DNA of 64,000 nt, taken from IMG/VR virus record IMGVR_UViG_3300017958_000005, positions 1 to 64,000 of that record, one strand, 5' to 3'. The position numbers and the translations under genes are program-made. The stretch comes from an uncultured virus (IMG/VR IMGVR_UViG_3300017958_000005). Lineage: Duplodnaviria > Heunggongvirae > Uroviricota > Caudoviricetes. The number at the start of each line of letters is the position of its first letter. Within the stretch, counting starts at the first letter, position 1. Positions 37,984-48,500 of the stretch are shown one piece after another. The notes under the pieces are model-generated. The model ran no database searches and was not told where the DNA came from. It saw only the letters and a program-made list of their open reading frames with translations.

Positions 37984-40827
37984 AACGCTGTAGATGGTGA
38001 CGAGGACGGTCTCGTTCAGGAGGGCACCCCCTTCGAGCGTCCAGCCACACCCAATGTCGCTCGCGCCCTTAGGAGCGCCACAAGTTCCGCCGGATTCGAC
38101 GGGATGAAACGCGACGATATGGCGAAAATGCGTTCAGAAGAATTCAACGAGGCGGTACAGAAACAGTTCGAAAAAGCAAAGGAACTGAGGGCCGAACTGT
38201 ACGAGAAATATCCAAAACTGGATGCGATGCTTGCAGCGCAGCAGATTGCGACCGTCACTTCAGTTCGCACCGGTCAGGACATCCGTGAAGAAGATGTCAT
38301 GGAAGAACTTCAAGATCTGCTGAAGATCGATAGCGACGAAATCGACGACCTAGCAGACATCATCGCCAGTACACGATTCAGCCAAGACCTCCTCGAAGCG
38401 GACGAAGCGCAAATGTCAATTTCTCGCGCTCGAGATTTCGTTGAGGAAACAACTGAGGACATGGGGAACATCTCGCTCGCAATCACCGACATGGAAGAAG
38501 ACGTAGAAACCGCTCTTGACCGAATCAAGAAAGAACTTGACGGCATGGAGATTTCTACAGGGCAATTCAAAGATCTTGCTGAATCCGATGACCGTGCCGA
38601 CGCAACCCGCAGGCTACTCACTGATTTGATTGACGACCGAGAAGAACTTGAGCAACAGATTCCTCAAATGGGCTACCTTCTTGAAGATTACGACGAGGTC
38701 AAGGAGATGCGCGATCAACTCAAAGACCTCGTAGATGAACTCGAAGAACTTTCAAGTGGACCTGTTGAATCTAGGGAGCGGGGACGAGATCTGCTTAAGC
38801 AAGGTTTCCTGAACGCTGACTCACTAAACACGGGGTACGACGAAGACAAGTTTCGTGAGATGCTTGGAAAGTTCCGCAAGACAAAGACTTACGAGCGTGC
38901 CACCGAAGGGATGACAATCGTCCGCAAGCGCAGTATTCCAAAATCTGAACCCGTTGCTGACAGCGACGCCGCAAGGGACATTCATGGACTTGGAAAGCGC
39001 AGCATCATCAACATCCCGGAAACGGGCGTTCAGGTCATGCTCAACGATGATCAACGTGGCGATGCTCGTCGCACCATCGCTGGTCTCAGGTCATCAACAC
39101 AAAATCCTGATGCTTTCGAGAAGATGGACGAGTGGCTTTCCGGTAAATCGCCCAATATTTCGCGAGATCAGCATGAGGAGATTTTCAACGAGTTCGCAGA
39201 TGCCGCCAACCGGGATTTGGATCTTGGAGACCTCCGACACGTCCGTGACGCGATCAACTTGGCGGCAATGTCTGAAGATGGAAAATGGAAAACGCCAAAG
39301 GCTGAGGGTGGATTCGATGGAAGACCAAAACCCGCTGGTCTGACTAAGCGCCAAAGAGCAGATTTGTTGGAGTGGGGGCAAAACGACGCAGATGACATGC
39401 TGCGTAGACGCTTCGTTGGTCTGAAAGAAGATGATGTGTCCCCCAAGGGGTGGATGATGCTCCGCAACGATTTTGGCGGTGGCATGCGTTCAGCAACTGG
39501 CGGTGGAAGCATCAATGAAACGCGTGACACCGGCAAGCGAGCACAGCGAGGTAGGCCGGTTGGCGCTGGTGATGAGAAGAAATTCAAGGGCAAACCGTTC
39601 TCGGAAGTAAAACCTGACAATTGGGATCAGTTGACTGCCGATGAGAGGTTTGACGAACTTCTTACGAATTTGCACCCTTCTAAGACCGGTCTTCGAGAAG
39701 TTGACTTCAACCGTTTGAGAAAAGAACTGGTGCTGGAGTCTCTCCGCTCAGATCAGGAAAGCGAGCGTGCTCGACGTCGGGCTCAGCGTCGGGAAGCGCT
39801 GGCGAACGTCAGGGTAAGCAAACCAACTGAGCGCCCTGCTGCTCGACCTGCTCCAGTTGCTACAACCGCTGAACAAGCCAAGAAGCAGCGTCAGCAGGAA
39901 GTCACGAAAATCGGCAACCGAGTTGCCCGTATTTCGTCAAATATTGACAAGCAGTTCGAGAGAGACGAAGAACGTGGTTTGGACCCCAACGATGAGTCCC
40001 ATAGAGATATTTGGGCGTCACTTACCGACATTTTGGAAGATAGCGATGAGTTAACCCTGTCTCAAGCAGAATCCATCGCTGCAACCCTTGACGACTACCT
40101 AGAAGAAGCATCCGGAGCAGATCTTACTGCAACCGAATCAAACAGTGTCCAAAATGCTCAGGTTCTTCGCGCAGATATGGGCGATCTGATTGACAGATAT
40201 AGGCTTGACCCGAATATCAGCAAGGGTGACAGTTCAGCGGCGGTCCGAATTGGCGGCGAAGGTGAAGAAGATGTCGCCACCACCGGCCGCTCCGCCGCAC
40301 GATTCCTTTCCGAAGGCGGAATGCGATCATTTACCTCATACAAGCCTTCCCCAACCGTCCAAGAATACGCAGAAGCACGCAGAAGCCAAGGGCTACGCAG
40401 TCAACAGGCTGGACGAACCGTAATCAATGAGGAAGCGACATTCTTCAAGGCAATCGAAGATTCTCTGGCAAAAGAAATCAGAGAAGCACGTAACGCCAAC
40501 GATTCACGAACGGTTAAGGGGCTTGAACTACTTCAGCGAATTATGCGTCGTCAAGATTCAGGCAAAGTCTCGGATCGTCGAACCAACGCCGGCGCACTTT
40601 GGGTGACGGCAGACGAAGCCGATGAGATTTTGGACGCGATGATGTTTGCCCTTGACCGACAAATGGAAACAGGCGGATCTAGGGTGGACCTGTATGCACA
40701 ATTTGTCGAAATTATCTCGGCTGCCGCAATGGGGACATTCATCAGCAAGACGACCTCGGAGGTTTCGTCACGAACCCAAGCACGAACGAACAGTCAAGGA
40801 CGACAAGTAAATATCCCGAATCAGTAG
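37951..40827 (+). CDS. Large head-associated protein, probably made as a -1 frameshift fusion to the protease
   Basis: The track ORF 38104..40827 extends upstream in frame to 37951. The extension encodes the shared tag FDPNAVDGDEDGLVQEGTPFERPA. Confidence 0.75.
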   Translation, partial: SLRGRAQSFDPNAVDGDEDGLVQEGTPFERPATPNVARALRSATSSAGFDGMKRDDMAKMRSEEFNEAVQKQFEKAKELRAELYEKYPKLDAMLAAQQIATVTSVRTGQDIREEDVMEELQDLLKIDSDEIDDLADIIASTRFSQDLLEADEAQMSISRARDFVEETTEDMGNISLAITDMEEDVETALDRIKKELDGMEISTGQFKDLAESDDRADATRRLLTDLIDDREELEQQIPQMGYLLEDYDEVKEMRDQLKDLVDELEELSSGPVESRERGRDLLKQGFLNADSLNTGYDEDKFREMLGKFRKTKTYERATEGMTIVRKRSIPKSEPVADSDAARDIHGLGKRSIINIPETGVQVMLNDDQRGDARRTIAGLRSSTQNPDAFEKMDEWLSGKSPNISRDQHEEIFNEFADAANRDLDLGDLRHVRDAINLAAMSEDGKWKTPKAEGGFDGRPKPAGLTKRQRADLLEWGQNDADDMLRRRFVGLKEDDVSPKGWMMLRNDFGGGMRSATGGGSINETRDTGKRAQRGRPVGAGDEKKFKGKPFSEVKPDNWDQLTADERFDELLTNLHPSKTGLREVDFNRLRKELVLESLRSDQESERARRRAQRREALANVRVSKPTERPAARPAPVATTAEQAKKQRQQEVTKIGNRVARISSNIDKQFERDEERGLDPNDESHRDIWASLTDILEDSDELTLSQAESIAATLDDYLEEASGADLTATESNSVQNAQVLRADMGDLIDRYRLDPNISKGDSSAAVRIGGEGEEDVATTGRSAARFLSEGGMRSFTSYKPSPTVQEYAEARRSQGLRSQQAGRTVINEEATFFKAIEDSLAKEIREARNANDSRTVKGLELLQRIMRRQDSGKVSDRRTNAGALWVTADEADEILDAMMFALDRQMETGGSRVDLYAQFVEIISAAAMGTFISKTTSEVSSRTQARTNSQGRQVNIPNQ

Positions 40828-40916
40828 AACGTCAATAAGTACTCCACAGAATAAGCCAATTTTGGGGTACAATTTGACAAACGGTCCTCACGAAAAAACA
40901 GTTTAAATACCTCTGC

Positions 40917-42479
40917 ATGGTCACAGGCAAACAGGCTATGATGCCATGTAGTGGTTGTAGCATCTCTAAGAGATGTTTACTGAATAACATGCAGTACAAG
41001 GAGCCTACCAACATGGAACAAGAAGAGAAAGCAGTCATCAAGATCGATGCCGAGGGCAAGATGATGAACTGCGCCAAAGGCCATGGTGGAGACGACTGCG
41101 GCTACAAAACTGGCGCGAAGATGTGCGGCAAGTGTGGAGCCATGGCAGTTGAAGTAAAAGATGACGATGCCGACTCCGAAGATCTCGAGGCCAAGTCCTA
41201 CGATGAAATCGACGAAGACGACGAAATTATCGAAAAGGCACTCGCCGCCGTTGCTACCGATGAAGACGAGGACGAGGACGAGGAAGAGTCCGACGAGGAA
41301 TCGGATGATGACGCCGAGATGAAGGCTGTTGGCAACGCTCCACAGATGGATGAAGAAGAAGACGAAGAAGACGAAGACGAAGAAGAGGACGACGTTGCCC
41401 CCGCAGAGGCCGCCCCAGCCGAAGAGGCCACTCCTGCCGATGATGAGCCCACCCCTGATTCTGATGCCGAGATGGAAGAAGAAGAAGACGAAGACGAGGA
41501 AGAGGACGACGAAGAGGAAAAAGGCTGGATGGGTGACGCTCGCAAGCGCCGCCTCCAGACCATGGGGCGCAAATCTGCCGACCTTGGTCAGACCGGCTTC
41601 CTCTGCGCCGTCGAGCGCAAGGTGTACCCGGGAAGCGCATCCGTCTGTGACGACTGCCCGGGTGGATGTATCGCCGAAAAAGGCATGCCCGGTCTCATCG
41701 AAATCGAAGGCAAGGCCGAAGCAGAGTTCAACGGTACCGTCATTGATTCCGGATACTCGCAGGACAGCGACATCTACGTCATTGACCTTGAAGTTAAGGA
41801 CGGACACGCCATCGAAGTGTTCATGGAGGGATCCACTGGCGAAACCCTCGGCTTCCATCGTCTCGACGACTCTGTGTTTGAGCAGAAATCGCTGACCGCT
41901 GACACCGAACTAATCGATTTCAACGTCGCTGCCGAAATTGCCGTCAAATCAATCGAAGGGGTTGAAGGCATCGTTACCGCTGTGGAGCCTGACACCTTCG
42001 AAGGCTTTGACGTTTACGCAGTAGAGGTCGACGGTATTGATGGCAAGTCATATGACGTATTCGTCGCTCTAGACGGAGAAGTGCTTGGTTTCGACACTTA
42101 CGAACCGGACGAGGCGGAAGAGATTGAAGCCGAAGCGGCAGAAATCGCCCTCAAGCGTGCGTTTAATGAATCCCAGCGAGAGGAAATGGCCAAAGAAGGT
42201 CTTGCGCTTCCTGATGGTTCTTTCCCAATTTCCAATGTTGACGATCTGCGCAACGCAATCATGGCCCATGGCCGCGCCGTCGACAAGGAGAAAGCCAAGA
42301 AGCACATCATTAAGCGCGCCCGAGAAATGGGTAAGGAAGAGATGATTCCTGCTGCTTGGACATCCGCCAAGAAAGAAGACGCCGAGGTGAACGACATCAA
42401 CGACGCAAGTTTCATGCGTTCGCTGGTCGAGTTTGAAATGCTCATGAACGAGGACGACAGCAACGACGGGAACTCCTGA
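40917..42479 (+). CDS. Acidic scaffold-like head protein with Cys clusters, tandem PepSY-like domains and a DUF6582-like C-terminus
   Basis: D/E-rich tracts; two PepSY-like units; ALPDGSFPI...DLRNAI...GR...HIIKRA; alternative start at 41013 after AAGGAG. Confidence 0.7.
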   Translation: MVTGKQAMMPCSGCSISKRCLLNNMQYKEPTNMEQEEKAVIKIDAEGKMMNCAKGHGGDDCGYKTGAKMCGKCGAMAVEVKDDDADSEDLEAKSYDEIDEDDEIIEKALAAVATDEDEDEDEEESDEESDDDAEMKAVGNAPQMDEEEDEEDEDEEEDDVAPAEAAPAEEATPADDEPTPDSDAEMEEEEDEDEEEDDEEEKGWMGDARKRRLQTMGRKSADLGQTGFLCAVERKVYPGSASVCDDCPGGCIAEKGMPGLIEIEGKAEAEFNGTVIDSGYSQDSDIYVIDLEVKDGHAIEVFMEGSTGETLGFHRLDDSVFEQKSLTADTELIDFNVAAEIAVKSIEGVEGIVTAVEPDTFEGFDVYAVEVDGIDGKSYDVFVALDGEVLGFDTYEPDEAEEIEAEAAEIALKRAFNESQREEMAKEGLALPDGSFPISNVDDLRNAIMAHGRAVDKEKAKKHIIKRAREMGKEEMIPAAWTSAKKEDAEVNDINDASFMRSLVEFEMLMNEDDSNDGNS

Positions 42480-42502
42480 AGGCTGGGAAAGAGTGGCCCA
42501 CT

Positions 42503-45500
42503 ATGGCCAACATCCGGGCCGAACGAGTAATACTTTCTGATCGCGTCAACACCTATCGACGTGATTACGAAACCATTGGTGCTCTCTTTCGGATAAAGAG
42601 TGCGGTACTTGCTTCCCAAGAGAGCCTTGACCCAAACATCTCTGTAAAAGCGTTAAATCAGGATCTTCCCAAAAAAGATAAAAAAGATTCTGAGAAGCGC
42701 ACTTCTGGTACGGGAGTTGAAGAACAACTCCCCGAACTTCGCTATGCGCCTAACGGCAAACGTGGCCGTGGCGACGTACTCAAACTGCATGTAACCCCAC
42801 GCGACCTCACAACTGGCAACGAACCAAACTTTGGTTGGATTCCTGCTCCTGAGAAAAAATCCGAAGAGGAAACACGCAAACAAATGCGTGAACTGTTGGA
42901 TTGGAAGAAGCGCCGACCCAAAGTTCGCGTCAGGAGTTTTCGTGCTGACCCAAGAACAGGTCAACGAGTAGAGGATTCCGGTGTCGATGTCGAAGTAAAA
43001 GGACTCGGCAGAAAACTGAACCAGATTGTTCCCGGAGGGAATTTGTCCTCACGTGCGGCTGGGGCAGTTGGAGTACTAACTGACGCAAACGGGAAATTCC
43101 GATGCCCGCCCGGAACCCCGGCAGCCAACCAGTTCACCGATGAATTTGGTACAAACTGTTTCAAACCAGCACTCTCCTCGCGTCGACTCATTGGAGCGAT
43201 GCGTCGGTGGTTCGACAAATATGTTGAACTCGGAGAACAAATCCAACTGCTTGAAAGCATGGGCATATACGGTGTCGGGCCAGACGACCTAACCCCTCAA
43301 TACAGGCAAAACATCCGAAACATGGTTCGGGCTGCTGGAAGTGTTGCGCCAAAAGAACGCGTCCAAGAAGTTCAATCCCGAATGGACACCGCAATTGATG
43401 CCCTCCAAACACGACTTGGAACGACTCGCGACACCACAGACAATGCCGACATGTGGACCGCGCTGGCAACGCTGGCCGCCGATGAATGGCAAGACCTTGA
43501 CTTCTCAGGGATTTTTTCCGGACCGGAAGGCTGGGGTTCGTGGAACAAAAACATGCTTGCCGACCCAAAGGGTCGCACTCCTCAAGCAGCAGCAGATCAC
43601 ACTGCCGACGTTCGTAGCCAATACATCTCAATGTTTGACAACTGGGTGTCGGACGGCCCAATGCGCCAAAGGTACCGAGATGGAGACCCCGAAGCCAGAG
43701 CCCTCATTGACGAAATGGTTACCCGCCATCTGGCAGCAGAGCGTGGCTTCTTAAAGGCGATTCTTCAGGAGTATCAAGAATCCCCGGAAATCATGCGTCA
43801 AGTAAAGACGCTAGGCCGAACGCAAATCCGTGATGGCGAGGCGTTTGATGACTATTGGCGAGTAGATGGAGAATGCAGCCCGGCAGGTTTCCACCCCAGA
43901 GATGGGTTCGCTCTGAATATTGACTTCAACGCGGCAGCAGTGGCTCTGAAACCAGCAATCCAAAACGGACTAGCAAATTACACTTCTGACGGCCGCATCC
44001 TCTTATTCGATATCGACCCCAACGATGTGTCTCGCTCATTCACTTCGGAAGCCGAACAGTGGGCCGAAATCGGAAACCTGATGCAGAACACCGTCGATCT
44101 TGAACGGTGGCGAAATGTTTACGCTCAAGACCTTTCTACCGCACGCCACGGCTCAATCGAAGCAAAGGGTGTGCATATCGCAAAACATGAACTTGGTCAC
44201 GCCCGCCAGTACCAGTTCATTAAAAATGCCGTCTTGGACACCCACGCCAAAACAGGCTCCACCTACTTAGTCAACTCAACTTCAGGTCAAATTGAACGGC
44301 TCGACGTTTCTCCCGATCAGTGGACTAACCAGCAATGGGTTGATGTGGTGACGAGTCAGGTTCAACGTCTTATCCCAGAAAAGTACCTCGCCGATGGCTT
44401 CCCACCGACGTCGCTTGAGACGTTCGAAGGAACAATGCTTCACATCATGGCGGGAAGGTATTACCAAGACGAAGTTCAAAATTTCTTCAACTTGAATGAT
44501 GATGCCAAACGAGGACAGTCGGCATTGATGATGCTCGAAGGCATGACAGAATTGCGCGCGCTTCGAGATATGGGTGTCCTCATGGATCCAGAACTCGACC
44601 GGCTCGTGTCATGGATGGACGACGTTGACCCCAGAACACCGGAACGCCCTGATCCGCAAGGAGTTATCTGGCCGCCGCCGACAAGTTCAGCAATGCAAGT
44701 GTTCCAGCCGGATCCCAATGGAACGTGGGACACAATTAGCCGCACCCCGATTGAAGATCCAAACCCGTTCATTCCTGACCTTGGCGGAAAACAGGAACAT
44801 ATCGATGCCATCAATTCACGCATCTCAAGTCTCAATCGCAGTCTTCCCGACGCCGAAAGAGACCTTTTTGATCCAAGAAGCGAAGTCGTCGAAATCCAGA
44901 ACGGCAATGACGTTGTCGAACAACTGAGAAGTGGCAAAACCGCTCTCGACATTGAAAACCTGACGGTTAAGAAACAGCAAATCATTGACCGCGAAGTACT
45001 TGCTGAGGACATCGCAGCAACAGGAGAAATCGACGATGTTGGGGATCTCGAGGTCGGCGATGCCATCCGATTCAAAGGATTCAAAACACTTGATCGCCGC
45101 ATGGATGCTGATCAAGAACAAGACCTTTCGGCTGACGAAGGAAAACGGAAAGTCAACTTTGTTCTACCTAAGGGAACAAAAGGCATCGAAAAACAAAACC
45201 CGGCGAACAACGAGCCCGATCAGGTTGAGATTCCCGGCGGAGAATACGAAGTCCGTTCTGTTAACCCAGATGGAACTGTCACGCTAGTTCCCCGCAGCCA
45301 AGATGATGCCGACACCGTTGCTCGTCGCCTCATCGACAGTCTTGATGGAAGTTCCGACATAGACGACGTTCGCGATGCTGTAAGAACAGTTCAGAAACGG
45401 GCGCAGAAGTACGTCCAGAAAAAGGAAAAGATTCGTCGAGCCACGCGATCCAGCGACCCGGCCACCGCACAACGTATGGAGCGGCGCAATGCGGCGATTG

Positions 45501-48500
45501 TCGAAGAAATTCGGCAACGTGGAGCAAACCCATTCCGCGTAACCGACAGAGATATCGAACGCATCTGGGGCTCTGTAAGACCCGGTGAACGTCCACCATT
45601 CACCCGTGCCCAAGCAGAAGAGGCTTACGGACGTGCGCTCGAAACTATCGAAGATCTCCGTGGCCGACCAACAACTGGGCGATTTGGTCGAGCATTGGAA
45701 GCAACTGATGAAGTCAGAGAATTCCTAGAGACCGCCCGCCAAAGCGAAATCGGTGCGCGTATTGAACGCGCTGTAATGGAGTACCACAACGGTTTCGATT
45801 CACGCCCACGATACCGGACCGACATGGACGGCCTTCAGAGCATCATTGACACAGGGGACTCACGTGGCCTCATCCCGCCACGCGGTTCTCAGTGGGATCC
45901 GTTCCTTGATGCTGAAGATGCCATGCAAGGGTTCACTCCAGATGATGGAATTCGTCCACTCTTCGGCAATCTGCTGCACGCTGACGATGACAGCGCCATT
46001 CAACGCTACTTGGACAACATCAAGGGTTACGCCGCTATTCGAGACTCGGAGTTCTTCGATCGGGTAACTGAGTCGCCACTCGGCAAAGTCCTAACCGGAG
46101 ATGTCGAATTGGTTCTTCGTGCCGATGTCGCTCGCCGAACCGGATACGGAATTGGTGATGCACGAGGTCAAATCGCGTTTGGCGTCATGATTCACGACGA
46201 CGATCCAACGCGTGTCCGTCAAGCACTCCTGACACGTCGATTTGGCGGACCTATTGACGACACCGCAACCACAGGCGCAGCATTGGACTTCTTGCACGCA
46301 GACCTGACCGGTGACTACTCGGGAATCAGAACCCCGATGGACACCCTTTCCCTTGACGCTGGCCTCAGCGTAGACGTCAGAGATCGAACTATCCGTGGAC
46401 GAGTAGACGCAGATGCATTTATCGCAGGCGGATTCAACGGCGAAGAACTAGAAAATGTTCGAATCGGTAGTGCTTCACTGAACTACAAACGTCAATTCCT
46501 AGCACCAGCAGAAGTCGGCGCGAACAACAGCGAACTCCGCAAGAGGCTCGGTCTTGCCGGTCTCTCTCAAACTGAAGTAGACACCGTGTTTGAGTTCGCT
46601 CAAAGCGGCCGCCTCGACCTCGAATCAGCCGACTTGCTACGAATGAACAAAGCAGCACGGGAACAGGCAGACCGTTTCGCAAGAGTCGGTATCAGCACAA
46701 CTTTCACCAACGATAAGGGCATTAACGTCCTTGATGGTGCTTCGGTATCGGTAGAAACACCGGGTATTGGCCGCATCGAAGCATCCAAGCGTGCCGACGA
46801 CATCCTGCGTGTACGCCTTGAGGGAGAAATCGCCGAGCGCGCAGAAGACATTGCCAAACAAATTCGATCTGGTGTTGGTCTTCGTTCAGCAACCTCTTCA
46901 CCACGCCGAGACGCCCCAATCAATGTCGTTGACCCCTTTAGTGATGACCCATTTGGCGGTGTGGTTGACCGAGCACGGACTGTTGTCACCGACCGTATTC
47001 GCGACGAAGTAAGCGAAAGAGCAACGGCGCTTGCAACAGAGAAGATTGGCCGTCTGGGAGCCAAACTTTCCCGTCGTCAAGTTCAGAATCGCGGCATACA
47101 AAGAGTTGGCATGAACGTTCTTCAATCGGACCGAGCAGAAAATTTGCTTCGTCGGGCCGGACTTGAGACAGACGACATTGAGAACATCCGCTTTGTCGGT
47201 GAACTTGCTGCTGCCTTCGGAACTTCCGGACCGGCCGGCGTCGGATTGGTTCTCGCTCGACGCGGAAGCCGTGAAGGAATCGATTTTGGTGTTCGCAAAG
47301 CACGCGAACAAGGTTGGATCACCGACAGCCAAGCCAACGCAATCTTGCGCGCCGCAGACACCGTTGCACCAGAAGGACTTCCTGATGCGGTGACGAACGC
47401 AATTGGTGAACAAGCGCAGCGAGCCATCAACTCAGACGCAGCCGATCGTGCTAGGGAAATCGCAAGCGCCGCCGCTGAACGTGTGCGTGAACTTGACCTT
47501 GGTGATCGTGTTGGGGACATTTTTGATAGGGGTCGCACGGCCGATACTCCTGCTCTTCCGTCCACACCCAACGACCCATTCTCCGCGAATGATCCGTTCG
47601 CACCTATCTCCGGTGGAGGGCTTCGCTCTCAAACTGGGCGTTCGATTCTCGCACAGTCGAAACCAATTTTTGACATTGAATCTGATGACGACATCAACAA
47701 ATTGGCCGACGAACTGCGAACCCTTACGCAACCAGATTCAAGAAACCCTAATAACCACGTGAGCATCGTGGCAGAAGAGTTGCGAGACATTATTGGCGAT
47801 ATAGAAACTCCTGATCTTCTCACTGGTGAACCACGCAAATATGCGGAAGACATCACTGACAGCATTCCTTCATATATTGCCAACAGAGTACGCGAGCAAC
47901 TGGGCGATATGCCGCTTTCTGACGAACAGAAGCAACGCGTTGGGGAACTGCTCGCGGCATCCGAGCAGATGCGAGAACTTGACGCCTTCCGGTTTGACAT
48001 CATGCAACGGAGGACACCTGATCAAGTCACTGATACGAATGACCCATTTGGTGGTCCACCACCAAGAAGGCCAAGCGCACCACCACCAAGAAGGCCTACA
48101 GCAAACGACCCATTCTCTGACGGTCCAGAAGAAGTTCCAGAAACGCCGCCTCAGTACACCGCTGCGCAAGCACGCGAACGTCTCGATGAGATCCTTGCAG
48201 ATTCAACGATTTTTACAACCGAATTCAATCAGCGCCAAGCAACTATCACCGAGCGAGAAAATCGTCGATCCGAAGTGGAAACACGCAGGCAAGAACTTGA
48301 GTCAGTAATCAATGAACTGGCTAGATACGAAATGGTTACCGCTGACCGTCTGACAGAAGAAATTGATAGAACTGCACCAGTTGGAAAAGCCACAACCACA
48401 CAAGCGGCCAAAATCGATCCCAGACAACACGCCCCACAGCAAGGCATTGTTCGTGACCCCAAAGAGGTCCAGCGAATCGCAGAACAGACTGTCGCTCCCG

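Noticed and set aside
40977..41858. 293-aa hydrophobic minus-strand ORF and overlapping poly-Ser ORF
   Set aside because: Reverse-complement shadows of the D/E-rich tract of the acidic head protein.
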